A DNA stretch of 64,000 nucleotides, taken from positions 3,392,001 to 3,456,000 of the forward strand of contig OY729428.2 of assembly GCA_963422375.2 (NCBI GenBank), read 5' to 3'. Of this stretch, positions 50,879-62,374 are shown one piece after another; the stretch's first letter is position 1, and every line of letters starts with the position of its first letter. The notes beneath the pieces were generated by a model. The model was not told where the DNA came from. It saw only the letters and a list, made by a program, of their open reading frames with translations, and did not search any database. Source of the stretch: Bryobacterales bacterium (GTDB lineage: Bacteria > Acidobacteriota > Terriglobia > Bryobacterales > UBA6623). A program made the translations under genes and the position numbers.

Positions 50879-51156
50879 CCCCCTAGCCGAACCGGCGACC
50901 TGCGCGAACTCATCGCGCGGAACGCTGATCTCCTCGCTGTTGGGACTCCCAGGCAGTTCCCCTCTTTCCGGCCTCCCGCCGCGCGTGGGCCGCCTGCGCA
51001 AGGCAACCTTCGTCCAAGCGCCGCCAGAATCACGGTGCCTTCAGCATAAACCCTGATCCCCGGCCAGTCTAGGGCCGATCACGGTTCTCAGCGACGCACC
51101 CCCCGGGGACCGGCCCGCGCGCCCTTCCGCCAAGCCGGTCCGGCCCCGGCCGGCCG

Positions 51157-53081
<1,925 letters not shown>

Positions 53082-53085
<4 letters not shown>

Positions 53086-53717
53086 TTCTCCGAGTGTAAC
53101 GAGGGGTCCCGACCCCGGGAACGCAGGCGGGCAAGGCCTCGGATGACAGCCCGGGCGGACTCCCGCGGAGGAGCGGCCCCGTCTACCACCAAGTCGGCGC
53201 GGTCACGGGCCGGCAGGACGTGCTCACGGAACATCGGCGCGACATCGCGTCGCCACTGCTCCCGGACGGACGCGACGGTCCGGCCTCGCTGCGTCGTGTC
53301 GCGAGCGATCCGCCGGGAAAGGCAGAGCGCCTCGGGCGCGTCCACGAACACCGCCAGGTCGAGCGCCGCCCGGACGCGCGGGTGCCAGTGAGCGAACAGA
53401 CCCTCCAGCACCAGCAGCTCGCACGGGGCGAGGCGCTCGCCGCCCGCAACCCGGGCGTGGGTCGCGAAGTCGTAGCGCGGCACGGCTATCGCCCGGCTCG
53501 CGGCGAGGGACGACAGGTGGCGCACCAGCAGGTCCCAGCCGATGGCGGACGGGGCGTCGAAGTTGACTGCTTCCCGCTCGCGGCCGACCAGCCCGGACAG
53601 GTCGCGGTAGTACGCGTCCGTGCTCAGCACGCCGACCCCTTCGAGCGTGGCGTCGATCTCGCGGGCGATGCGGGTCTTGCCCGATCCCGAGCGACCGGCG
53701 ATGCCGACGGCGACCAT
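53082..53717 (-). CDS. udk: Uridine kinase
   Basis: 'VGIAGRSGSGKT', 'DAYYRD', 'NFDAP', 'PRYDFATHAR', 'LEGL', 'RRIARD...RGRT'. Confidence 0.88.
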
Positions 53718-53781
53718 CTACTTGCGGGCCTTCGCGGCCCGGCCGGAGCGGCGCGCTAGGGACGCGACGCGACGCGACCGG

Positions 53782-55470
53782 TCATCTGTCCCAGGATCCC
53801 CATTCCACGACGCCCACTCTGTCCGCCCATGCCTGCCACTTGGCCGACAGATCGGCCACCTTGTCGGGCAACTCCCCCGCGAGGTCGTTGAGTTCGCTGC
53901 GGTCGCTGGAGAGGTTGTACAGCTCCCAGCGGCCGCTCTCTGGCCTCGATCGCTTCGAGACCAGCTTCCAGTCCCCGAGCCGCACGGCCCGGTTCCCTTC
54001 GTGCTCCCAGTAGATCCCCTCGGGATGGCCCTCGGACGGCTCGCCCCTGAACGCCGGAGCCAGCGACTTGCCTTCCATAGGGGTGATCGCGTGGCCCTCG
54101 AACGTCTCCGGGTACGAGGTCCCGGAGACATCGACCAGTGTCGCCATGATGTCGATCAAGTGGCCGACCTGGTCCGTCCACTGGCCCTTGGCGGTGATAC
54201 CCTCGGGCCAGTGGGCGACCAGCGGCGACGAGATCCCGCCCTCGTGGACCCAGTGCTTGTAATAGCGGAACGGCGTGTTCGAGACGTTCGCCCACGGAAT
54301 CCCGTAGCTCTGGTAGTTCTCCTCCGCGCCGGGCATCACCGACGGGTCGTTGCCGACCGCCACCGGCTCGCCGGCGTAGGTATGGGTGGGGATGTGCAGC
54401 GCCTTCCACGTGTCGCGAGCCTCTTCCGCGCACCCGCCGTTGTCGGCAAGGAAGAGGATCAGGGTGTTATCGAGCTGTCCGCGCTCCTTCAGCGTGTCCA
54501 CCACCATGCCGATGGCATGGTCCATCAGCTCCACCTGAGCGGCGTACACCTCCATGCGACGGGCCTGCCACTCCTTGTCCGGCGCATCCTCCCACGGCAC
54601 CTGGGAGCTATCGCGCTGGCTCAGGCCGGCGGATTCGTCCAGCACGCCCATCTCGCGCATGCGCCGCAGGCGTTCCTCGCGGAGCTTGTCCCAGCCGCTG
54701 TCGTAGCGCCCCTTGTACTTTGCGATCGCATCCTCGGGCGCGTGCAGGGGCCAGTGCGGCGATGTGAACGGCATGTAGAGGAAGAACGGCGCGTCCGGGC
54801 TCTCGTCGAGAGCCTCGCCGACGAAGCGCGACGCGTTCTCGCCGATCGCGGTCGTGTAGTAGAAGTCGGGGCCGGGGTCCTCGGGCTCGTTGCCTCGCTT
54901 GAGCGACACGGGATCGTAGAACGAGCCCGCGCCGTGGATGGTGCCGAAGAACTTGTCGAAGCCCCGCTGGATCGGCCAGTTCTCGGTGTAGAACTTGGGG
55001 CCGTGCCCCTCCGAGGGCGTGACATGCCACTTTCCGCTCATGAGCGTGGTGTAGCCCCCGGCGCCAAGCACCTCGGCGAAGGTCACGCAGCTGCGGTTGA
55101 GGTTGCCCCGGTAGGCGGGGAGCGGCTCGCCGTCCTTGCGGTACTCCCCCATCATGTGGCCGACACCGGCCTGGTGAGGGTATAGGCCCGTCACCAGCGA
55201 GGCGCGAGTCGGGCAGCAGCGAGCGTAGTTGTAGAAGGAGCGGAAGCGCAGACCCTGCGCGGCCAGGCTGTCCAGCACCGGCGTGTCGATCTCGCCGCCG
55301 TAGCAGCCGATGTCGGAGAAGCCCATGTCATCGGCCATCGTGACGATGATGTTGGGGCGCCCCGCCCCCGAGCCTTCGCCTCCGGGACCGCACGACCACG
55401 GCAAGGCGGCAGAGGCGAGACCAATGCGCAGGAAGTCGCGACGGCTGCGCAGTGGCTGGAATTGCGGCAT
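53782..55470 (-). CDS. Arylsulfatase (Cys-type, Tat signal)
   Basis: SRRDFL Tat motif, 'PNIIVTMADDMGFSD', CCPTRASLVTG, 'GKWH', 'DNG', 'HEGGI'. Confidence 0.95.
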   Translation of the reverse strand: MPQFQPLRSRRDFLRIGLASAALPWSCGPGGEGSGAGRPNIIVTMADDMGFSDIGCYGGEIDTPVLDSLAAQGLRFRSFYNYARCCPTRASLVTGLYPHQAGVGHMMGEYRKDGEPLPAYRGNLNRSCVTFAEVLGAGGYTTLMSGKWHVTPSEGHGPKFYTENWPIQRGFDKFFGTIHGAGSFYDPVSLKRGNEPEDPGPDFYYTTAIGENASRFVGEALDESPDAPFFLYMPFTSPHWPLHAPEDAIAKYKGRYDSGWDKLREERLRRMREMGVLDESAGLSQRDSSQVPWEDAPDKEWQARRMEVYAAQVELMDHAIGMVVDTLKERGQLDNTLILFLADNGGCAEEARDTWKALHIPTHTYAGEPVAVGNDPSVMPGAEENYQSYGIPWANVSNTPFRYYKHWVHEGGISSPLVAHWPEGITAKGQWTDQVGHLIDIMATLVDVSGTSYPETFEGHAITPMEGKSLAPAFRGEPSEGHPEGIYWEHEGNRAVRLGDWKLVSKRSRPESGRWELYNLSSDRSELNDLAGELPDKVADLSAKWQAWADRVGVVEWGSWDR

Positions 55471-55584
55471 CGCCCCATCATATTGCCTTGAGCGGCAGGG
55501 CCGCCCGGAGCGGGTCGACCAGCGCTTGCGAGCAGCTGCCGAAGGCAAGCTTCCCGGGAAAGCTGCGTATCCTCCGATTCGATG

Positions 55585-55954
55585 GGGAATTATATATCTG
55601 AGTGCCGACAACGCCATGGTCCGACTAGAACTGCTGTGAGCAGGGAGGTGGGTGTCGAGCTGGGGTCATGCGAGTGCGGCCGCGGCGGGCACAGAGGGGT
55701 GGGGTGTGGGATCGTATCTGAATCGAGCCTGCCAGCGGATTGGACGAGGAAGGGACTAGAGAGGCCGCCTCGCATGCCCCGGTTGCCCCGGTGAAACCCG
55801 GTTGGCGGTGGCAGGGCACCCCTTGCAAGCCGCTTGCAGGCCCTGCGAGGGCCGAAGACAGCGGATCCCCGGCGCTCGACGGCCTGCATGGACGGTCCGG
55901 GCCGGACCGGGGTCGCGCCGGGGCATTCCCTCGGCACTCAGATATATAATTCCC
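55585..55954 (-). mobile_element. 370-bp MITE derived from the IS1595 element
   Basis: Same 24-bp TIRs; 8-bp TSD ATTCGATG (55577-84, 55955-62). Consists of the IS left ~30 bp fused to the last ~340 bp; inverted relative to the full copies. Confidence 0.96.
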
Positions 55955-56417
55955 ATTCGATGAGGGCGAACGGTTGAATGCCCCGAGCGGCGCTCCAGCG
56001 GGCACGCTTGCTCCCAGTCTTGCGGGACGAAGGGAGGTCCCGATGCCGATGACGTAGTTCCTGATCACGGACCAGTCGGCAATTTTGGACTGCCGGTAGC
56101 TCGAACGTCGCGACCGTCCGAGGTGCCATCGACTCCCCCTATGTCCAGCATTCGCTCCCAGCTATCGACGGCAAACCGGGAGAAACACAACGGTCACTCG
56201 CGTGCATTTTGACTTCCACGTGAGCGGCTCGGTTCTCGCAGGGCCCTCGAATTCCTCGATCACCCGGTCGCAGTCGATGGAGCCGAAGTCACTCCTGTAC
56301 ATGGCCTCGACCTAACGCATCCCCCAAGAGTAGGGAATTATATATCTGAGTGCCGAGGGAATCAAGTCGGCAAATTATCAAGCCATAATAAGATTTCATA
56401 TTTCTTCCGAATTTCCG

Positions 56418-56447
56418 TTGACATTCTGTGGTGTTTCTTGGTAGAAT
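56418..56447 (+). promoter_or_regulatory. Sigma70-type promoter of IS copy 2 transposase
   Basis: TTGACA...TGGTAGAAT as in copy 1. Confidence 0.72.
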
Positions 56448-56470
56448 AGTTCCAGTAAGGGATACCGTAA

Positions 56471-57438
56471 ATGAAGAAATCAGGTCCCGGAAAGTGGTTC
56501 CGTAAAGGCATCACATTGATTGAAGTGATCGCCATGTTCCCCGATGACGAATCCGCGGAAAAGTGGTTCGCCTCCATGCGCTGGCCGGACGGTCCCGCGT
56601 GCCCCCGCTGCCGCGGCTCCAGCGTGCAGTCCGGCGCGGCCCACCCTTCGATGCCGTACCGTTGCCGCGGCTGCGGCAAGCGCTTTTCCGTGCGCACCGG
56701 CAGCGTGATGGCCGACACCAAGCTCGGCTGCCGCACCCGGGCCGTCGCCCTGTTCCTGCTGACCACCGGCATCAAGGGCGTCTCGAGCATGCAGCTGCAC
56801 CGCGACCCGGGCATCAGCCGGAAGTCGGCCTGGCACCTGGCGCACCGCATCCGCGCGTGCCGGGAGCGGGATCAGGGCCTGTTCGCCGGCCCGGTGGAGG
56901 TGGACGAGACCTACGTCGGCGGCAAGGAACGCAACAAGCACGAGAGGAAGAAGGCCCGCGCCGGGCGCGGGCCCGTCGGCAAGACCCCGGTGGCGGGGGC
57001 GCGCGACCGCGCCACGAACGCAGTGGCCGCGCGGCCGCTGCCGGGCACCGCCAAGGGCGACCTGCAGGGCTTCGTGCGCGGCCGGGTCGCGCCGGGCGCG
57101 CAGCTCCGCTCCGACGAGGCGGCGGCCTGCGCCGGCATGGCGGAGTTCCCGCACGAAGCCGTCAGGCACTCCGGCGGCGAGTACGTGCGCGGGGCAGCGC
57201 ATACGAACGGCATCGAATCGTTTGGGTCCCTGTTCGAGCGCGGCCTGTACGGAACCTATCACCGGATGAGCGTCCGTCATCTCGGCCGCTACCTCACGGA
57301 GTTCGCGGGACGGCGCAACGACCGCGACTGCGACACGGCGGAACAACGGAGGAACAGATGCGGCGCATGGCGCGGGGCTTGGTCGGCCGGACGCTGACCT
57401 GCCGGCAGCTGACCGGCAAGGCCGCGGTCGCGGCCTGA
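56471..57438 (+). pseudogene. IS1595 transposase with frameshifted C-terminus
   Basis: An 11-bp imperfect duplication (ACGGCGGAACA ACGGAGGAACA, ~57335-57356) shifts the frame. ORF stops at 57397; the ancestral stop is at 57438. Confidence 0.85.
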
Positions 57439-58018
57439 GCGGCGCCCGCCGCGCCGAGCGCGGCAGCCCGCTGCGGGCGCGCGCTTCACGCTCGGTACGA
57501 GGGGCGCACCGGATCCGGCATGCCCCGGCGCGACCCCGGTCCGGTCCGGACCGTCCATGCAGGCCGTCGAGCGCCGGGGATCCGCTGTCTTCGGCCCTCG
57601 CAGGGCCTGCAAGCGGCTTGCAAGGGGTGCCCTGCCACCGCCAACCGGGTTCCACCGGGGCATGCGAGGCGGCCTCTCTAGTCCCTTCCTCGTCCAATCC
57701 GCTGGCAGGCTCGATTCAGATACGATCCCACACCCCACCCCTCTGTGCCCGCCGCGGCCGCACTCGCATGACCCCAGCTCGACACCCACCTCCCTGCTCA
57801 CAGCAGTTCTAGTCGGACCATGGCGTTGTCGGCACTCAGATATATAATTCCCCAAGAGTAGGGGTCGGTCTCGTAAAGGCGCTTGCTGTCTGCCGACTTC
57901 TCGACCGCCACTGGCCTGCCGGTGTACCGCCTATATTGCAATTTTACGCAACGTCATTGAGCCGAATGTGGAACAGCTAGGCTAACTGGCGAATGGACAG
58001 GGAATGAGAGTCTCCTAG

Positions 58019-58215
58019 CCTGAATTCCCAACGCCGAATATTAGAGTTGAATTGATGTGCGGAGTGAGCTGGTTCCTCATCCGAGGTGGAGGCTGAGCGG
58101 GCGGCTCTCAAACCAAGGAACGGTCACGGCCTCGTTCTCGACGCCGGCGGCCCGCAGGACGGGGTCGTGCGCTCCCCGCCCGAGCGGCACGAAGCTCGCC
58201 CGCGTGCATCTCAGG
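58019..58215 (-). mobile_element. One end plus transposase C-terminal remnant of the CTAG-targeting element family
   Basis: CTAG(58015-18)+CCTGAATTCCCAACG, 58 bp beyond the stop (58077) of PLGRGAHDPVLRAAGVENEAVTVPWFESRPLSLHLG*. Same layout as at 33673-33722. Confidence 0.65.
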
Positions 58216-58637
58216 CCGAGACGCAAGGAGCAAGCCCGACGCCTCGTTCCGGAGGTTCGCGAGCGCAAGTCCGAGCTGTCCGAAGCCGAGCGCAAGCCGA
58301 GGCCCGGCGTTGTCCGAGGGTCTGCCCCGCCGAGCACCGCGCCCGCCTTCCTGGCGCGGATCCCGCGCTAGCAAGCCGCTCGACCGGTGGCTCCAAGCAA
58401 CGCTTGCGTCGGCCGAGCCACGTCGGCGACGCGCTTCGTCGCGTCTGACTTGACGCCGCCCTTGGAGTCTGACATCATGGCCGCCGCACAGGCATGCGCC
58501 GGTTAGTTTGCCCCGGCAAGGCAGGGCCTAAGTTGCCAGACGCAGCGACGGCCCCGTTCCGAGGGACCGGGAACTCTTCCGGGCCGTCAAGAGACTCCCT
58601 CAGTGCAGCAGTCGGCAAGCCTCGCCAAGGAGCATCA

Positions 58638-59042
58638 ATGGAACTCATGGGAATCAATCTCGTAGCGGTGATCGTGGCGACCGTCGCGGCGTTCGCATTC
58701 GGGGCGGCGTACTACACCCTTCTCGGCAAGCAGTGGCTGGACGCGGTCGGACTCACCGAGGAAGACGCCCAGCAACGTTCGGCGACGCCTTTCGTCGTCT
58801 CGGCCGTCGGCCTCTTGGTGATGGCGTGCGTGCTGGCGGGGCACTTTGCCGATCACCTGCCGGAAACTATAACCGCCTGGCACGCCGTCGAGTCGGCCGT
58901 CGTACTCTGGCTCGGCCTCATCGTGACCACGACGGCAACCAACAACATATTCCGAGGAGGCAAGATTAAGCTCACCGTGCTGGATTCCGGTCACTGGCTG
59001 GGAGTGCTAGTGATCGAGAGCCTAGTAATCAGCGCGTTCTGA
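58638..59042 (+). CDS. DUF1761 family membrane protein
   Basis: 'INLVAVIVATVAAFAFGAAYY..LGKQW', four TMs, 'LDSGHWL'; RBS AAGGAG. Confidence 0.88.
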   Translation: MELMGINLVAVIVATVAAFAFGAAYYTLLGKQWLDAVGLTEEDAQQRSATPFVVSAVGLLVMACVLAGHFADHLPETITAWHAVESAVVLWLGLIVTTTATNNIFRGGKIKLTVLDSGHWLGVLVIESLVISAF

Positions 59043-59535
59043 CGAACGGGTCTGACTCAGACCGCGGTGTGCGGGGCAGCATCCCGGGGCCCCGCAGGCC
59101 ACGGTGCCGATTGCGTCGACCGAGCTGACTGGCGTCGGCGACGCCAGTCCAAGGGCGGGGCTCGCGCCAGCCGATCACGGAGCAGCCTCTTTCCGCTGCA
59201 TGCATCAGGATTGCGGGTGAATTGCAGGTCGAGCTCGACTGCCCGAAGGCGCGTTCAAGGCACCAGCACCTCAACTCTCGCAGGCACCGGAACAGGGGAC
59301 GCCCTCGCGTACGGACCGACCGAAACGAGGCCATCCCCCCTTCGTTGAGTGGCCGGGGCGCGGGGGCCGACCGGTCGTCCAAGCAGAATGAGGAGGACGG
59401 CATACGAGAGATGACGGATGGCACTGGCTAGGCGCACTTCAAGATCCGCCCATCGGTGTCACGCTTATCAAGTGACCGAGGGTGGACAATAGCGTCTCCG
59501 TAGTGTACACCTATACTTTGGTCTAGGAGAGGTGT

Positions 59536-60048
59536 TTGCCGGGATTCGGACGCAAACGGCTTGGCTTGTTTTCGGTGGCCATCGCGGTCCTAGCACTTGG
59601 CGCGTCGATTTGCACGGGCCAAGGTGCGCGAGACCCGCGAGCTTCAGTCTCGATCGCGACCGACCCGATCGGCAGGAGCTTCGAGGAGATCATTGGCCAG
59701 CTCGAAGGATATTCGATCATGCAAACGAAACTAGGTTCGGATGGATTTGTTCAAGTGGCGTTGCACAAGGAGTCGATTGAGCCCAGACTAGGTATCTTCT
59801 GAGACGTCGATTGGAAGCGAATACATGACATCACCTTGCGGATCTTTCGAGTGTGTCATAATAGCAGAGATCACTATGTAGTTGTTGATATTGATCAGAC
59901 TTGCAAATTGAAGTCACCACTCGGAAGGTGGAGAGTCACCGATTTAGGAATCTATGATGTTAGTAGGATTCTCGCAAACGGTGATGTGATTTATGCGCCT
60001 TTATCTGATAACAGTTCCGAAGAAGAACGGGATGATGGATCAAGCTGA
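59536..60048 (+). pseudogene. Low-GC secreted hypothetical protein interrupted by one in-frame TGA
   Basis: RBS AGGAGAGG; signal peptide; ORFs 59536..59802 and 59836..60048 are in the same frame, with only TGA 59800-59802 between them. Confidence 0.55.
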
Positions 60049-60455
60049 TACAGGAGTGATCAGACTTGATTGGCGTGGTGGACTTCGTCGTTCTCCTTGG
60101 CATGCTCATTGATGGCCGTAACTTTCGGACTTCGGCAATGACTCCCCTGAAACCGTCAGCGGATCGCGTAATGCAACGTGGGCCCGAAGTCATTTCCCAG
60201 CAGAACAATTGTCGCTGCCGACCCGGAACCCCCGGCGAGTTGCAAGCCCATTCGCGAGTGCCGGGACCGAGCGGTCCGATCTCGATCTCCTCGGGAGCAC
60301 CGCTCTCGCGAGCGGTGGACTCCAGGGGCGGCCCGAGCGGCAGAGCCGGGGCGAAGCGCGGAATTGCGCCGCTCGGCCCTCGAGTGCTAGGCTAGTCGCT
60401 CGGTGGATCCCGCCCGCGCCGGGTACTCCGCTGCCTGCTTGGCCGGATTCCGACC

Positions 60456-61484
60456 ATGAGAGCGATCCGTCTCGAGCGACCGCGCCTTCTGGAATACGTC
60501 GAGGTCGACTCGCCGGGTCGCCCTGGCCGCGGGCAGGCGCTCGTCCGGACCCATCGGATGGGAATCTGCGGAACGGACTACAGCGGATACCTCGGGAAGA
60601 TGCCCTTCTTCCGTTATCCGCGCGTCCCGGGGCACGAGCTGGGCGTGACGGTCCTCGAAACCGGCCCCGGGGTCACCAACGTCGAGCCCGGCGACCGGTG
60701 CAGCGTCGAGCCCTACATGAATTGCGGGACCTGCTTCGCCTGCCGCAAGGGCAACTCAAACTGCTGCGAGACGCTGAACGTGATCGGCGTGATGATCGAC
60801 GGGGGTCTCTGCGACCGGTTCCTGATCCGCGCCGACAAGCTCCACGTTTCGAGGAAGCTATCATTCGAGCAGCTCGCCCTCGTCGAGACCCTCGCCATCG
60901 GGTGCCACGCCACGGACCGGGGCGCGCCCGGCGAATTCGACAGTGTGCTCATCATCGGCGCCGGCCCGATCGGGCTCGCGACACTGGAATTCACGCGTCT
61001 CACCGGAGCCAGCGTCACAGTCATGGACCGGATCGAATCGCGCCTCGACTTCTGCCGCCGCCGGTACGGCGTCGAGCACACGGTGGTCTTCGAAAGCGTC
61101 GACAGCGCGGTCGAGCAGATGCGGGCGATTACCGGCGGAGACATGTACTCGGTGGTCACCGACGCCACGGGAAGCCCCGCCTCGATGAGCGCGGCCCTCG
61201 CCTACGTGGCGCATACGGGCACGCTGGTATTCGTGGGAATCACCACCGACGAAGTCGTGTTCCCGCACCCTGCGCTCCATCGGCCGGAAATGACGATCAA
61301 GGGCTCGCGCAACGCCCTTCCCCGCGATTTCGGTCGCATTATCGGACTAATCGAGGACGGCACGATCGACACCGATCCGTGGATCACGCACCGCACGCCC
61401 TTCGAGGAGGTCGTGGGCCGGTTCGAGAGCTTCACCCGGCCCGAGGCGGGCGTCATCAAGGCCATGATCGAGGTCGCCGGCTAA
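60456..61484 (+). CDS. Zinc-binding (MDR) sugar-acid/alcohol dehydrogenase
   Basis: 'GICGTD', 'GHE', structural Zn CGTCFACRKGNSNCC, 'IIGAGPIG', 'GSRNA'. Confidence 0.93.
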   Translation: MRAIRLERPRLLEYVEVDSPGRPGRGQALVRTHRMGICGTDYSGYLGKMPFFRYPRVPGHELGVTVLETGPGVTNVEPGDRCSVEPYMNCGTCFACRKGNSNCCETLNVIGVMIDGGLCDRFLIRADKLHVSRKLSFEQLALVETLAIGCHATDRGAPGEFDSVLIIGAGPIGLATLEFTRLTGASVTVMDRIESRLDFCRRRYGVEHTVVFESVDSAVEQMRAITGGDMYSVVTDATGSPASMSAALAYVAHTGTLVFVGITTDEVVFPHPALHRPEMTIKGSRNALPRDFGRIIGLIEDGTIDTDPWITHRTPFEEVVGRFESFTRPEAGVIKAMIEVAG

Positions 61485-61486
61485 CG

Positions 61487-62308
61487 ATGGTCCAGTCGGC
61501 AGTCACCGTTTGCCTCGTTCCCGAAGCGCGACGGGGGCCGTTCGTGTTTCACGGGGACTTGCCGGGATCCTGCGCGGCGGCCCGCGAGCTGGGCTTCGAC
61601 GGGATCGAGATCTTCGCTCCGTCCGGCAGCTACGTCGCCCCGGGAGAACTGAAGGGCCTGCTCGCGGAGCACGGACTGCGGCTTGCAGCCGTCGGCACCG
61701 GAGCGGGCATGATCCTCCACGGTCTCAGCCTCAGCGACAGCGACAGCACCGGCCGCGAGCGCGCCTGCGCCTACGTGCGGGAGATGATCGCCTTCGGCGC
61801 TCCGTTCGGCGCGCCCGCGATCATCGGCTCGATGCAGGGCCGGACCGGTGCAGGCCAGACACCGGACTCGGCGCTACTTGCCCTTGAGCGGTCCCTGCGC
61901 GAGCTGGCGGCCTACGCGGCGGAGCGCGACCAAATGCTGCTGTTCGAGCCTCTCAACCGCTACGAAACGGACTTGATCAACACCGTGGCGCACGGAGCGG
62001 ACCTGCGCCGCGCCGTGGAGGCGAGCAACCTGAGGATACTGGCGGACCTGTTCCACATGAACATCGAGGAGGCCAGCATCGAGGAATCCGTCCTTGCGGG
62101 CAGCGCGGATATCGGCCACATTCATTTCGCGGACTCGAACCGGCGGGCCGTAGGCTTCGGGCACACCCGCATGGATCCGGTAGCGCGCGCGCTGGCCGAA
62201 ACTGGGTTCAGCGGATTCGCATCGGCCGAGGTCTTCCCCTTCCCCGATTCCCGGGGTGCGGCGGAGAGAACTGCAACCTCCTTCCGCAAGTTCTTCCGCA
62301 AGCACTGA
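61487..62308 (+). CDS. Sugar phosphate isomerase/epimerase (TIM barrel, ketose 3-epimerase-like)
   Basis: 'GFDGIEI', 'EPLNRYET', 'DLFHMNIEE', 'HIHFADSNR', 'GHT', 'SAE'. Confidence 0.92.
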   Translation: MVQSAVTVCLVPEARRGPFVFHGDLPGSCAAARELGFDGIEIFAPSGSYVAPGELKGLLAEHGLRLAAVGTGAGMILHGLSLSDSDSTGRERACAYVREMIAFGAPFGAPAIIGSMQGRTGAGQTPDSALLALERSLRELAAYAAERDQMLLFEPLNRYETDLINTVAHGADLRRAVEASNLRILADLFHMNIEEASIEESVLAGSADIGHIHFADSNRRAVGFGHTRMDPVARALAETGFSGFASAEVFPFPDSRGAAERTATSFRKFFRKH

Positions 62309-62374
62309 ACGGAGACCGCGACGCGTCGGAGGCGCGGAATTCGCGGTGAAGGAGCGCTCCGTTCCTCCCTGGAC

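Larger units (their letters stand above)
56333..57852 (+). mobile_element. IS1595-family insertion sequence, copy 2 (1520 bp)
   Basis: Same 24-bp TIRs; TSD CAAGAGTA (56325-32, 57853-60); near-identical to copy 1. Confidence 0.96.

Noticed and set aside
57861..57898. Tn3-like inverted repeat GGGGTCGGTCTCGTAAA
   Set aside because: Lacks the conserved inner ACGyTAAG end; no partner IR or Tn3 transposase found.
59029..59424. Possible IS5-like remnant (RCWCLERAFG resembles RWVVERTFG)
   Set aside because: Single weak motif with no IRs or second motif; needs BLASTX.
59800..59802. Selenocysteine codon
   Set aside because: No Cys/Sec redox context and no evident SECIS stem-loop immediately downstream.
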